The position numbers and the translations under genes are program-made. From contig JAZSIR010000003.1 in NCBI GenBank assembly GCA_045533905.1, forward strand, positions 91,515 to 155,514: a stretch of 64,000 bases of DNA, in the 5' to 3' direction. This document shows, one piece after another, positions 40,701 through 49,805 of the stretch (the first letter of the stretch is position 1; every line of letters starts with the position of its first letter). The notes beneath the pieces were generated by a model. That model saw only the letters and a program-made list of their open reading frames with translations, searched no databases and was not told the origin of the DNA. The DNA is from Clostridia bacterium (GTDB lineage Bacteria > Bacillota > Clostridia > UMGS1883 > UMGS1540).

Positions 40701-42639
40701 TGCGGCTGAAATTTTCAGAACGCTTTCGGTGGTATCCGCCATATCGGCAGAGATGGCCAATATCCTTTGCGAAAGCCTGGCCATACAGCTTGCATCCTTT
40801 GAAAATCTTTCCGATATCCGCGCATGCCTCGGCAAAAACGGCGAAAAGCTTATGAAGCTTCTTTCGGCGGCGGACAGAGAGGATATCAAGGTACTTCGCC
40901 TTGCTATGAAGCTGTATATCGACACGGTTGGAAAGCTTTCGGATATTCGCTCGTATTGGGATGAGGGCAGAAAGATTAAAGAAACGGAAAAATATCTTGC
41001 ACGCCTTGAGACGGAGGGCGAAAAGCTTGCCGATGAAGCCGCAGGCGATATTTTAGGAAACCTTGCATACATTCTGGAAAGTGAGATTGAGGACCTCAAA
41101 CGGGTACCGCTTTTCCGGCTGCACCTGGATGAAACGGAAGTGCCGGAAGGTCTTTCGCTTACAGGCTTTGTGGAAAACTACGGGCAGGCCGTGGGCAAAG
41201 ACGTAACTCTTCTTTTAAGGACGCTTGACGGTGATTCGGCGACATTTTGGATGGAGACATTCCACGGTGGCTGGAAGGCACCCTTTGCATTCCGACTGCC
41301 GCCAAGGGCGCCGGGTGAGGAGGTTAGCTTCACCGCGCAGATTACATACACCTTTTCGGACGACGGGAAAGGCGGTGAAGCGAGCCGCCGCAAGAGTCTC
41401 GGTGCACATGCCGTTCGCATTGTGCCGCGCGTGGTATACGAGGCCGATCCCATCGGAGATGCCACGATTTCGGTAGAAAACATCGAAACGGATTTCATCG
41501 GCCGCTTTACAGAGGTACAGGGATTCAAAAATGTGTTTTACCTCCATAAAGATATAGACGGACAGATGCAGAAGGTCCCACGTCCTCCGGAAAAGGTAGA
41601 CGCTATGGTGATAAACGGGCCGAAGCGCGTTGGCAAATCCTCTCTTCTGCACTATCTGGAAAAGATTGTACTGGAGATACCGGACAAGTGGGTCTGTGTC
41701 TACTTTGATCCTATGGGCAACAAGACAATAGAGGATATTTTCATCGGCGGCTTTGTGAACGCGTGGGAAAAACGGTACGGTGCAGTTTCGGAAAGTGAAG
41801 CGTATCGCCGTATTCTCGAAAAGCTGCCTTCGGGCAAATTCTCTGCAACAACGATGGAAAACTTCTACCGCGCCTTCCGGGATACATTCGCTCCCGGAAG
41901 GAAGATTCTGTTCATCATAGATGAATTTGAAAAGGCAATGCGACTTGTGGACCCCGGCACGGTTTTTGATCTTTTGCAGCATGCCACTAAAAACCACCGT
42001 GATCTTATCAGCTTTGCCGTTTGCGGGTCGGATGATCTTGCCGGCTATATCTTTGACAGAGAACATGATACGCAGTTTTTCTCGCTTGCAAAGCTCTTCC
42101 GTGTCGGCCTTATGCCGCGGGAGGAATATGACCTTCTTTTGGCTGCCTACCAAAAGCTTACAAAGCTGACGCTCGATGCCCAGGCGCGAGAAGCACTCTG
42201 GCAGCTCACGCGCGGGCAGGTGTACTATACACAGCGCATATTCGACAAGATTGTAGATAATTACGGCGTTCATCCCATTTCGGGCGCACGGAACCAAATA
42301 CACCTTTACGATGTTTATTGGGCGTTCGGGCAGCTTCGGAAGGAAGGAACTATGTTTATCGATATCGTCGGGATGTTCGATAAGTACAAATCGGGCGAGC
42401 GTGAGGTAATGGAAGCCCTTTCCACGTATGCCACCGCGCCCGGCGCGTGTGTAAGCCTCGGCTTGATTCAGCGAAAAGCGGGAAATGTGGATGTGGATAT
42501 GGCACTCTCAAGGCTTACTATGCGCGGCTTTGTGGAGAGAGTGGGAGAAGACTATCGCTTCACATCGGAAATATACCGCATGGTCTTCGCGGACTATGCG
42601 CCCGAGGCGTTTTACTTCATAGAAAACGGAGGAAACTGA
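34708..42639 (+). CDS. Giant (2,643 aa) helical-repeat protein with C-terminal STAND-type P-loop NTPase
   Basis: GGAGG RBS; ~180-aa internal repeats; FIGR, Walker A GPKRVGKS, Walker B LFIIDEFE, LTRGQV, C-terminal wHTH-like segment. Confidence 0.85.
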   Translation: MRPDKKAAFCEALIPMRGKAVHIIKENGDELEGIVMSAEPEGLGLISLSGPETIPYEEIAACDSFGVVLLEAEKPEVREGEALLAEVENGTKASFLEKLTKPSFYKEAGLSREEAEEIRARTQKHTYPWKSEPLAVAIRYSTLLKEKARPELTVGLYIRALESDEPRKDKAVLELLRAYMRMQAYEKVIEAYEKYESLLGEAPYAHMQSYAAAIGYVQGEVALSAFLEAHPALLDYSTNRLFFDKLIRTLREKKEIEVVASLLKSTPKVQPNAFEAAVLSGNIHRARQLAANVAEMQKMGYARPHEIEAMLLEESVADMGKKLPWQRACILVYLEGNRGRVAERALLEAGEESGARAALLLLYAKEKAHDKVLCLYQNMEDAAFDQKCAAFIAYNTLGEIWKAEEILEAAPEMFADPDVRLAILAAGDAYGEEAEAIAREVEEKASPKEGQNPLEKALIKGNVAEITAISEDAAALSSYGYTEAEIRHIGKAATKPYPDLKNDFSAARRLHAFLGGRGLLALSYLCRYATEQNTGEILSLMHLSGLSVWGIRFFEARREVAEGQSAACAAYASMLLATRPLEEAIREIEPFIHCIYDRELLEKVRAGLPETGRDALAARIDEILDAYEPNAFEKAVIGAHGYKQMGKDAELLLSLGYTEEEVKSIARVCDNAPKGESEADIGRRLYHIQGNKNGLAERYLAPHACEGIGMAEPMFHIYVGSGRYKEAMELYNQAKDILAPYETQIHKEHLSALYFTGAAEEFIALYENEGGGRGVHLPMYAEALLKTGNAKFSEVLSALAIVTYQSAEKVVWENLCMLLSEKEMYKELGILLCGFFRTAVRGGTYADLFPLLEKCAGDDKTKDAIIEAAISEGLPMFLPVFWIMHKEEHPQREAAENWCADQLLSLQEAVSVTEPVYAFLEMLFPQKKTDIQEGKFLQLLGGEGPHTGAAAFLTKLFTDGEHLLLERMLPHLGAKAASPLILAALSQIFHGGVLCDEIVLLLSAYIKEAPEAICGFFTDNVDMASYQEKIPEENLAEMYEAYRQYALSAGTETAHRTMYAFLSDTNHPDAPILASVILQNSHIWQSTETRAAFESLYREKYGKAGKSVLSATFAALLAGENPEKVYTFLQKWHPFINWKPHEVLKMLGRARGEGESDETVCSMAVVYKEEAAWRRLLEMYRHKGVGTEGTIYYLIAKCSSDPDDLKIAYGFAGKNGLYTLQTYASVLGAGKGRADAQLVWRWAQNITRFAKSGAEVSKELFAYAVDTARAVFGSNPEAIAILHAVRALAFAGNYIREYTEGLSDALSKKPNILIALLLEVLLHAPEEEIIEELIRLLEEKVPDTIPFKAFALYAAAKRATLSEEPALLAAVRTIAPTGHSLTVSGVQHFVAEAVTAEAENSVEVALGALSVLHTYFENDGLLHEAEYFLLGAAGADEARAEDCYRALTKYLQYAKIVDAGVLVRYSECMYCGIRYLTKKGLSFGDGPKNTEELLAFFAGLCEEEAARAELSQFIRRTEMLGSAAEIYDTLMLCGLFGSWRKFIETVDTALLPEHEILEIDSFIGSVGRENFLNAAATTEKWRNVRDFLTESKAVACEAAVEAAQTAEARQKAANYARFMLLDEKSGKILANKIFARITPDIFGEIFPMLRILLRDDTLLDKLSKMPAEFWSAASASVLRQKDTVPALLQQAEYRAFLKALSEKMFNAGMYKEASPVFAVRFSSDNVTGKSPKENAEHAKVRQYTKICDLMCRVPEEVERVRTSTEHQKLINIFSVFFSTPCVKELPRLAALLTKLQKKLCVAVYFAMRGEFEDFELLAADIQAENAAMGETLFRFGEFRFREGDRKERCRKYIQKLQGENGEEMRLFFLYMPATEILSHFRIFDMIDLENDGEEAFTVRPDATVEAAAPEKSDSEAFLSLSYVQYILSMAAGTPGAPSAQEAMERFEEEAGIENAVAALKAPDFKEVSASAMQEFFADFAICAYQTILASDAEETEAFAAEIFRTLSVVSAISAEMANILCESLAIQLASFENLSDIRACLGKNGEKLMKLLSAADREDIKVLRLAMKLYIDTVGKLSDIRSYWDEGRKIKETEKYLARLETEGEKLADEAAGDILGNLAYILESEIEDLKRVPLFRLHLDETEVPEGLSLTGFVENYGQAVGKDVTLLLRTLDGDSATFWMETFHGGWKAPFAFRLPPRAPGEEVSFTAQITYTFSDDGKGGEASRRKSLGAHAVRIVPRVVYEADPIGDATISVENIETDFIGRFTEVQGFKNVFYLHKDIDGQMQKVPRPPEKVDAMVINGPKRVGKSSLLHYLEKIVLEIPDKWVCVYFDPMGNKTIEDIFIGGFVNAWEKRYGAVSESEAYRRILEKLPSGKFSATTMENFYRAFRDTFAPGRKILFIIDEFEKAMRLVDPGTVFDLLQHATKNHRDLISFAVCGSDDLAGYIFDREHDTQFFSLAKLFRVGLMPREEYDLLLAAYQKLTKLTLDAQAREALWQLTRGQVYYTQRIFDKIVDNYGVHPISGARNQIHLYDVYWAFGQLRKEGTMFIDIVGMFDKYKSGEREVMEALSTYATAPGACVSLGLIQRKAGNVDVDMALSRLTMRGFVERVGEDYRFTSEIYRMVFADYAPEAFYFIENGGN

Positions 42640-42640
42640 A

Positions 42641-44026
42641 ATGTGCAATCCATTTGATTACGAAAGCGGACATACGCTATCCTGCAAAAATATTACCGAG
42701 CGGCTTGACCGCCTCGGCAAGGCAAAGACGGAGCGGGAGATATTTTCGAGCGGTATATACGGCCTTTTCGGCTCCGGTAAAACGAATTTTCTGGAGAGCT
42801 ATTTTTCGCCGGAGCGTTGCCGTGCGCTGGCAGAGGGAGAAGGCCGCCAGCTGTACCCTAAAGTTATGCCAACACGAAGCCCGAAGTCGGAGGAGCTGTT
42901 TGCAGATATCTATGAGGCGATCCGTGCATATATCGAAAAGTATGTGCCCAGAGGGGCCTTACCGTCGTTCCCGAAGCTTGGCAAGGATATAGCGGACAGC
43001 ACCGAGAAGCTGAAGGCAATGGCACAGAAGATCCGCGAAGGAGGGTACCACCTTTTTCTTGTCATCGATGAGTTCCACCGTATTTCGCAGTGTGAAACGA
43101 TTCGGGAGGATGATTACGAGGAGTTTCGTCAGCTCAAGGAAAACAGTGAAATAAAGATGCAGTATGTCGTAGCAACCGACTGTGACTTTGACCCGCAGAA
43201 CACAAGCCATACCACCCCCTTTACAACATCGTTTTTCGTACATGCCTTTGACGGGAATTCCGAAACGGTCGGCGGGATGAGCCGCACAGAAATGGATGCG
43301 TTTCTCGCGGGCTTTCTGGAAGAAGGCGCAGAGCCGGTCTTTACAAAGGAAGAAACGGATATGCTGTATGCGCTTACGGGGGGCCTTCCGCATATTACAC
43401 GGAAAACAGCGCAGGTTCTGTATGAATACAAAGATAGCAATATGACAGAGGAGGAGTTGCGGGCGAAGGCGGGTGCTGCGGTGCAGGATCAGTTTGAGTG
43501 CTGGTGCGAAAGCCTTACAATGGCACAGAAGGCGCTTCTTCGGAAAATGGTGACCGAGGGTTTTTCCAAAATATATCAGAAGAAGGAAAATCGGCCGTAT
43601 AACGGGCTTGTAAACCGCGGCTTTGTGCTGGAGGGCAATGAGAAATCCAAAGACAGAAACGTCGACACAAAGCGGTTTTGTTGCGAGCTCTTTGCCGATT
43701 ATGTACAGGAATCCTTTGAGGAGGAATACGCGGCGGTGTACGGCGCAAGCCCGGAAGTACGTTTGGATCCGGAAGGTCAGCAAGAATGTCTCCAGGAGGC
43801 ACGACGGGTGCGGGAAATGATCGTGCAGAAGCTGAAGGAGCTGGAGGAGAAACAGGGCATCACCGTAAAAATAACCATCCGCACCTTCAAAAAACTGGAG
43901 TCCGAACTCCGGAAAATCGTGGAAGAACTGGGAGATCGGCAGTATGATGCGGAAATGATTGTGGAATACACCCGGCAGGTTGAAGCGATTAGGAGAGAAT
44001 ACAAGGGGAGAATGATATGGAAATAA
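42641..44026 (+). CDS. Second STAND-type P-loop NTPase with C-terminal coiled coil
   Basis: Walker A GLFGSGKT, Walker B LFLVIDEFH, LTGGLP (GxP), LVNRGFV; starts 1 nt after upstream stop. Confidence 0.85.
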   Translation: MCNPFDYESGHTLSCKNITERLDRLGKAKTEREIFSSGIYGLFGSGKTNFLESYFSPERCRALAEGEGRQLYPKVMPTRSPKSEELFADIYEAIRAYIEKYVPRGALPSFPKLGKDIADSTEKLKAMAQKIREGGYHLFLVIDEFHRISQCETIREDDYEEFRQLKENSEIKMQYVVATDCDFDPQNTSHTTPFTTSFFVHAFDGNSETVGGMSRTEMDAFLAGFLEEGAEPVFTKEETDMLYALTGGLPHITRKTAQVLYEYKDSNMTEEELRAKAGAAVQDQFECWCESLTMAQKALLRKMVTEGFSKIYQKKENRPYNGLVNRGFVLEGNEKSKDRNVDTKRFCCELFADYVQESFEEEYAAVYGASPEVRLDPEGQQECLQEARRVREMIVQKLKELEEKQGITVKITIRTFKKLESELRKIVEELGDRQYDAEMIVEYTRQVEAIRREYKGRMIWK

Positions 44027-44493
44027 AAAGTGCACATCGGGAAGGCACGGCGGCCGGTGGCGGCAGAGAGGTATCCTTCCTGAAAAAGATACTCTGCGAC
44101 ATATTCGAGATGGACACAAACTACAGTCTTTTCATTGCCGGTATCATTGCCAGCATTCCCGCAACGCTCCTTCTGGATCTTGCGAGCAACAGCATTGCGG
44201 AGATCCGGCACAAATGGATGTATGGCGGTGCGTATATTTTCACATTTGTCGCCTCGCTTTACTGCTGCATTGCGATGTTCCGTTTTGCCGTCCGCCATAT
44301 TGAGGTGCGCGGCGCCGCGGAGACAGAGGCACGTGAGAACACCGGTACGCGGGAGGAATTTGAAAATGCAGTGCTTGCCGAAGTGAACTTTACCTATACT
44401 GCGAAAATCCGCCCGGTTGTACATATGCTTCTCTGGAGCGCGGGTGCGACTGTGGCCGGGATTTTAGCACTCTTTGTTCTTATGAATATATAA
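44017..44493 (+). CDS. Three-TM membrane protein, unknown function
   Basis: Overlaps upstream stop; GGGGAG RBS; three hydrophobic helices. Confidence 0.7.
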   Translation: MEIKSAHREGTAAGGGREVSFLKKILCDIFEMDTNYSLFIAGIIASIPATLLLDLASNSIAEIRHKWMYGGAYIFTFVASLYCCIAMFRFAVRHIEVRGAAETEARENTGTREEFENAVLAEVNFTYTAKIRPVVHMLLWSAGATVAGILALFVLMNI

Positions 44494-44509
44494 ATTTTTG
44501 AAAAAAGAC

Positions 44510-44568
44510 TTGACAAACAGGGAAAAATACTGTATACTAACAAAGCTGTAAACAGTTTTTTGTTTACA
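44510..44568 (+). promoter_or_regulatory. SigA promoter of ylxM-ffh with downstream palindrome
   Basis: TTGACA-N17-TATACT (44510-44538); TGTAAACA-N6-TGTTTACA (44547-44568). Confidence 0.7.
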
Positions 44569-44592
44569 CCACTTCAAAAAGTCAGGTGCAGT

Positions 44593-44919
44593 ATGAAGAA
44601 AAAGCTGGACACAGGCTACCTTCTTGATTTTTACGGTCCGCTTCTTACCAAGCGGCAGAGGGAAGCCCTCGATATGTATTATAATATGGATTATTCTCTC
44701 TCGGAGATTGCGGCAGATGAGGGCGTTACGCGTCAGGGCGTGCACCGTACCATTTTGCAGGGCGAAAAACGTCTTTTGGAGCTGGAAGCCGTGCTTGGAC
44801 ACGCGGCCTTGTATGCCGCCGCCGGAAAAGTTCTTTCGGCAATCGAGACCGGGGAGGGCATCCGGGAAGCTGCCGAAAAGCTTCGTGACTGTATGGAAAG
44901 GGAACCCGATGGCATTTGA
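44593..44919 (+). CDS. ylxM: YlxM/p13 family protein
   Basis: LLDFYGPLLTKRQ, DYSLSEIA, TRQGVH; upstream of ffh. Confidence 0.9.
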   Translation: MKKKLDTGYLLDFYGPLLTKRQREALDMYYNMDYSLSEIAADEGVTRQGVHRTILQGEKRLLELEAVLGHAALYAAAGKVLSAIETGEGIREAAEKLRDCMEREPDGI

Positions 44920-46237
44920 AAGTTTAGGCGATAAACTGCAAACTGTATTTAAGAAGCTCCGCGGCCGTGGCCGCGTGGGCGAGGCAGATATAAAGGAAGC
45001 GATGCGCGAGGTGCGCATGGCGCTTCTTGAGGCGGACGTAAACTTTAAAGTTGCCCGCGATTTTATTAAGGTAGTCAGCGAAAAGGCGATGGGGGCGGAT
45101 GTTCTCGAGAGTCTCACGCCCGGTCAGCAGATTATCAAGATTGTGCGAGATGAACTTGTGGAGCTTATGGGCGGCGCAAATGCAAAGCTCGCGGTATCCT
45201 CGAAATTGCCTACTGTTTTTATGATGGTGGGTCTAAACGGTGCCGGTAAAACGACCACGAGTGCAAAGCTCGCAGGCTATCTGAAGAAGCAAGGCAAACG
45301 GCCGCTTTTGGTCGCTTGTGACGTATATAGACCCGCTGCCGTCCGCCAGCTTATGGTGGTAGGCGAGAGTGTAGGCGTACCCGTGTTCCAAAAGGAAGGG
45401 GCCACGGATCCCGTTGAGATTGCAAAGGAAGCCGTTTTGAAATGTGACACGTCTTTGTACGATACTGTCATTTTGGATACGGCGGGCCGGCTGCAGGTGG
45501 ACGAGGTTTTAATGGATGAGCTTGTTCGCATGAAGGCGACCGTGCATCCCACCGAGGTGCTCCTTGTGGTCGACGCGATGACGGGGCAGGACGCTGTGAA
45601 TATTGCCGAAGGCTTTGAGGGCGCAGTCGGAATTGACGGCATCATCCTCACAAAGATGGATGGCGATGCCCGCGGCGGTGCCGCGCTCAGCGTAAAGGCT
45701 GTAACGGGAAAACCGATCAAGTTTTCCTGCATCGGCGAAAAGCTGCAGGATATTGAGCCATTCCATCCGGATAGAGTCGCCTCCCGTATTCTCGGGATGG
45801 GCGATATGCTGACGCTGATTGACAAGGCGCAGGAAGCATTTGATGAGAAAAAAGCCGCAGAGCTTACGGAGAAACTCCGCAAACAGCAGTTTGACCTGCA
45901 GGATTTTCTCGAACAGATGCAGCAGATGAAAAATATGGGTCCGCTTTCGAATGTGTTGGGAATGCTGCCGGGCGTAAATGCCAAAGCACTTTCCGGTGCG
46001 CAGATTGATGAGAAGCAGCTGGCCCGCACGGAAGCGATTATTCAGTCTATGACAAAGCGCGAGCGCGAACATCCCTCTCTTATGGATGCTTCCCGCAAAC
46101 GGCGCGTAGCCGCAGGCAGCGGCACTACGGTACAGGACGTAAACCGGCTTTTAAAGCAGTTTGACGATATGCAGAAACTGATGAAGCAGTTTATGGGCAA
46201 AGGGAAAAAGAAACCACGGTTTCCCTTTGGAATGTGA
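44909..46237 (+). CDS. ffh: Signal recognition particle protein
   Basis: ALLEADV, GLNGAGKTT, DTAGR, TKMDGDARGG, Met-rich M domain. Confidence 0.97.
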   Translation: MAFESLGDKLQTVFKKLRGRGRVGEADIKEAMREVRMALLEADVNFKVARDFIKVVSEKAMGADVLESLTPGQQIIKIVRDELVELMGGANAKLAVSSKLPTVFMMVGLNGAGKTTTSAKLAGYLKKQGKRPLLVACDVYRPAAVRQLMVVGESVGVPVFQKEGATDPVEIAKEAVLKCDTSLYDTVILDTAGRLQVDEVLMDELVRMKATVHPTEVLLVVDAMTGQDAVNIAEGFEGAVGIDGIILTKMDGDARGGAALSVKAVTGKPIKFSCIGEKLQDIEPFHPDRVASRILGMGDMLTLIDKAQEAFDEKKAAELTEKLRKQQFDLQDFLEQMQQMKNMGPLSNVLGMLPGVNAKALSGAQIDEKQLARTEAIIQSMTKREREHPSLMDASRKRRVAAGSGTTVQDVNRLLKQFDDMQKLMKQFMGKGKKKPRFPFGM

Positions 46238-46255
46238 TGAAGGAGGTGAAAGAAA

Positions 46256-46501
46256 ATGGCAGTAAAGATCAGACTTAGAAGAATGGGCGCAAAGAAAGCT
46301 CCGTTTTACAGAGTAGTAGTAGCAGATTCCAGATATCCGCGTGATGGCAGATTCATTGAAGAAATCGGTACGTACAATCCTATGACAGAACCCTCTGAAA
46401 TTAAGATTGACGGCGAAAAGGCACAGAAGTGGATTGCCAACGGTGCACAGCCGACAGACAGTGTGAAGGCACTTCTGAAGAAAAGCGGCATCGTAGACTA
46501 A
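46256..46501 (+). CDS. rpsP: 30S ribosomal protein S16
   Basis: [19 protein letters not shown]. Confidence 0.97.
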   Translation: MAVKIRLRRMGAKKAPFYRVVVADSRYPRDGRFIEEIGTYNPMTEPSEIKIDGEKAQKWIANGAQPTDSVKALLKKSGIVD

Positions 46502-46518
46502 TTTTGAGGAGAAACGCT

Positions 46519-46746
46519 ATGAAAGAGCTGCTCGAATTTATTGTAAAATCTCTGGTAACATGCCCGGAAGACGTTGAGATTACCGAAAAGACGGAAGGCA
46601 ACATCATTACGCTGGAAGTCCGTGTAAACGAAAGCGATATGGGCAAAATCATCGGCAAACAGGGAAAAATTGCAAAAGCAATCCGCTCGCTGATGAAGGC
46701 GGCTGCAGCACGTAAAGATGTTAAGGTGAATGTAGACATTATTTAA
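46519..46746 (+). CDS. khpA: KH-domain RNA-binding protein
   Basis: DMGKIIGKQGKIAKAIR; follows rpsP. Confidence 0.92.
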   Translation: MKELLEFIVKSLVTCPEDVEITEKTEGNIITLEVRVNESDMGKIIGKQGKIAKAIRSLMKAAAARKDVKVNVDII

Positions 46747-46826
46747 CGATTGCGGCATGTAAAGGGGCCGTCTCCGGAAAGGAGGCGTCCCCCGATTCTG
46801 CTCTCGGGCCAAATGGAGGGATTCTT

Positions 46827-47321
46827 TTGCTACAATGCGGTAAAATCGTAAATACGCACGGGCTTCGCGGCGAAGTAAAGGCACTTTACTATACCGATGG
46901 GCCGGACTTTTTCGATGCCGTGAAAAAGATTCACCTTGCAGATGGTCGGGTGCTCACGCTCTCGGGCTGGCGCACCACTCGCGGGGCTATCCTTCTGCGC
47001 TTTCGGGAAATCGGAACTGTGGAAGAGGCTGAAAAGCTTGTAGGGCAGGAACTCCGCGTTTCGCGCGATGATCTTCCGCCTTTGCCGGAAGGCCGGTTTT
47101 ATATTGCCGACATCCTGGGGATGGAGGTTGTGACCGATGCGGGTCAGAATCTTGGCCGCGTGGTCGATGTTTTCAAAACCGGCAGTAACGATGTGTACAC
47201 GGTGAAAGGCGAGAGGGAACATCTTATTCCCGTAATTGACGAGGTCATTTTGTCTACGGACCTTACCGAAAAGCGGATTACCATTAAACCTTTGAAGGGA
47301 CTTTTGGACAATGAAGATTGA
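46827..47321 (+). CDS. rimM: 16S rRNA processing protein
   Basis: [24 protein letters not shown]. Confidence 0.93.
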   Translation: MLQCGKIVNTHGLRGEVKALYYTDGPDFFDAVKKIHLADGRVLTLSGWRTTRGAILLRFREIGTVEEAEKLVGQELRVSRDDLPPLPEGRFYIADILGMEVVTDAGQNLGRVVDVFKTGSNDVYTVKGEREHLIPVIDEVILSTDLTEKRITIKPLKGLLDNED

Positions 47322-48006
47322 TGTGTTGACCCTATTTCCCGGCATGTTCGAGGCTGTTCTTGGGGACAGTATTATTGGGCGTGCGGCGGAGAAGGGTCTT
47401 TTGCATTTACGATACATAAATATACGGGATTTTTCCGAAGATAAACACAGACGGGTGGATGACTATCCGTACGGTGCAGGCGGCGGTATGGTGATGGCCC
47501 CGGGGCCGATATACCGCGCGTGGCAGTTTGCAACGGATGGGCTTCAGACACGCCCGCACGTGATCTACCTTTCGCCGCAGGGCAAAGTGTTTTCGCAGGC
47601 GAAAGCAAAGGAACTTGCGGAAAACTACGAACACCTCATTTTGCTCTGTGGGCATTATGAGGGTGTGGATGAACGCATTCTGGAAGAAATTGTGGATGAA
47701 GAAATTTCTATTGGGGACTATGTACTGACGGGCGGGGAAATTCCGGCCATGGCTATCGTCGATGCGGTGGCCCGTATGGTGCCGGGCGTTGTGCAACACG
47801 GCAACAGTGAAAGCGAATCGCTTTCCGACGGGCTCCTCGAATACCCGCAGTATACAAGACCTCCAGAATTTCTCGGTCGTCGCGTGCCGGAGATTCTCTT
47901 AAGCGGCCATCAGGCGAAAATCGCCGCGTGGCGAAAGGAGCAGTCTCTGGAAAGAACGCGCAGAAAGCGGCCCGACCTTTTAGAAAGGAAAGAAAAGGAT
48001 GGATAA
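47311..48006 (+). CDS. trmD: tRNA (guanine37-N1)-methyltransferase
   Basis: [33 protein letters not shown]. Confidence 0.97.
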   Translation: MKIDVLTLFPGMFEAVLGDSIIGRAAEKGLLHLRYINIRDFSEDKHRRVDDYPYGAGGGMVMAPGPIYRAWQFATDGLQTRPHVIYLSPQGKVFSQAKAKELAENYEHLILLCGHYEGVDERILEEIVDEEISIGDYVLTGGEIPAMAIVDAVARMVPGVVQHGNSESESLSDGLLEYPQYTRPPEFLGRRVPEILLSGHQAKIAAWRKEQSLERTRRKRPDLLERKEKDG

Positions 48007-49081
48007 GAAAAAAGCATTTCGCATCGGCACCGTGGCATTCCTTTCGGTTTTGGCGGCACTCTTTGTCGCCTTGCTTCTGCCGCGTTTGCTTCTTTGGTTT
48101 CTGCCGTTTGTGCTGGCGTACATTTTAACAAAAATCATAGAGCCCGCCGTTTCGTTTTTGGAAACACGGCTTAAAATTCCGCGCCCCGTAGGCTCCATTC
48201 TCAGCATCGTTCTGGCCATCGGCGTAATCGGCGGCGCGGTCACATTGGTGGTGGAAAGACTGGTGGCAGAGGCTAATGCAATTGTGCAGCAGAGTGATGC
48301 CATTATCAAATCCGTTTCCGCGCGCATCGCGGCACTTCGTGATACTTTCGCGGCCAACATCGGCATTATGGAAAACATCGAGGAGATTTTCTCGGATTTC
48401 GGCACAAAGCTTTCTTCGTTTATGGCGTCCTACACAGTACCTGCGCTTCGCGGCGCGGTGGACGTGGTGCGCGCTGTGCCGAGCGCCATCGTATTTGTGG
48501 TTGTATTTATGATGGCCTCCTATTTTATGAGTCGCGACCGTGCCCGGATCCGCGAAGGCATCCGCCGCACAATGCCGGCAGGGCTTGTGCATTTTGGTGA
48601 GGATGTTTTGCAGAACCTCCTGAAAGCCCTTGGCGCGTATATCCGTGCGCAGTTACTTCTTATATGTATCACCTTTCTGGAGCTCACAATCGGCTTTCTG
48701 GCCATCGGCGGCAGCGTTGCGGAATATGCGCTTTTACTGGCACTCGTCATAAGCCTTATTGATGCCGTTCCGATTTTAGGTACGGGCGCTGTGCTGATTC
48801 CGTGGGGCGTATATGCACTTTTGATCGGCGAAATCCGCCTCGGCGTGATGCTTTTGGTTCTGTATCTTATATGCCTCGCCGTTCGGCAGATTGTGGAGCC
48901 GCACCTTGTGGCATATCAGATCGGCCTTCATCCGCTCGTAATTCTGTTTGCGATGTATGCAGGCCTTCGCCTTCTCGGCTTCTTCGGTATGATTTTAGGG
49001 CCGATTGTGGCGCTCGTCATCCGTCAGCTTTCAGAAAGCGGCGCCTTCCGCGCAATTCAGAACTATATCCGCGGAGATTAA
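47999..49081 (+). CDS. ytvI: YtvI-like AI-2E family integral membrane protein
   Basis: [31 protein letters not shown]. Confidence 0.85.
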   Translation: MDKKKAFRIGTVAFLSVLAALFVALLLPRLLLWFLPFVLAYILTKIIEPAVSFLETRLKIPRPVGSILSIVLAIGVIGGAVTLVVERLVAEANAIVQQSDAIIKSVSARIAALRDTFAANIGIMENIEEIFSDFGTKLSSFMASYTVPALRGAVDVVRAVPSAIVFVVVFMMASYFMSRDRARIREGIRRTMPAGLVHFGEDVLQNLLKALGAYIRAQLLLICITFLELTIGFLAIGGSVAEYALLLALVISLIDAVPILGTGAVLIPWGVYALLIGEIRLGVMLLVLYLICLAVRQIVEPHLVAYQIGLHPLVILFAMYAGLRLLGFFGMILGPIVALVIRQLSESGAFRAIQNYIRGD

Positions 49082-49103
49082 AATACGAACAAGGAGAAAA
49101 ACA

Positions 49104-49406
49104 ATGATAAAGCACGTAATTTTATGGAATCTCAAAGAGGAATATTCGGCTGAGGAAAAAACTATTATTAAGGAAGGAATCCGCGAGGGGCTTGAAGGCC
49201 TCCTCGGGGAAATCCCGGGCCTTTTGGAAATCCACGTGTATACGGAGGGGCTTGCAAGCTCCACGGCAGACCTGATGCTTGATTCCACATTTGAAAGCGA
49301 AGAAGCACTCAAAGGCTATGCTGTGCATCCTTTGCACGTAGCGGTGGCAGATGGTAAGGTACGTCCGCATACGGCAGTCAGAAGCTGTCTGGATTTCGAG
49401 ATATAG
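49104..49406 (+). CDS. Dabb family stress-responsive A/B barrel protein
   Basis: MIKHVILW...YAVHPLH...DFE. Confidence 0.88.
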   Translation: MIKHVILWNLKEEYSAEEKTIIKEGIREGLEGLLGEIPGLLEIHVYTEGLASSTADLMLDSTFESEEALKGYAVHPLHVAVADGKVRPHTAVRSCLDFEI

Positions 49407-49601
49407 GCAAAAATAAAACGAAAAATAGAGCGAAATATGCAGTTCTGCCATAGTCCGCAGAAAAAACAGAAAAATCACAATAAAATTATGCTGATATCAA
49501 AATAAGCATAGAAAATACATCTATTCTCTGGTAATATTTTAGTACGTGGAAAAATTATGCTTTACATAAGGCATATCTGATTTCAAAAAGAATTAAAGGA
49601 G

Positions 49602-49784
49602 ATGCGCAAAATGAAGGAAAAAAGATGCTACGAAGTTCCGAACATCACAGTTATCCGCGTTGATGCTCAGAACGACATTATTCAAACAAGCGGTGAAATT
49701 CCGCCGCAGCCGGCAGCAACGCTGGGTAACCTCGAGAACACGAGATCTCGTCTGAGAATTTCTATCGACGGTTTGTTCAACTAA
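49602..49784 (+). CDS. Small protein with YxxP...DIIxTS leader-like motif
   Basis: AAAGGAG RBS; KRCYEVPNITVIRVDAQNDIIQTSG. Confidence 0.65.
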   Translation: MRKMKEKRCYEVPNITVIRVDAQNDIIQTSGEIPPQPAATLGNLENTRSRLRISIDGLFN

Positions 49785-49805
49785 GAGAAAGGAAGGATTA
49801 TTGAA

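Noticed and set aside
20291-44119. Long antisense/alternate-frame ORFs in the track (e.g. 22244-23398, 31768-32841, 33311-34540, 41215-42303, 42959-44119)
   Set aside because: They are shadows of well-supported genes, with no motifs or RBS; expected from codon bias
49602-49784. Lasso peptide precursor
   Set aside because: YxxP and a Thr at -2 are present, but there is no Asp/Glu at core positions 7-9 and no cyclase, peptidase or RRE gene nearby
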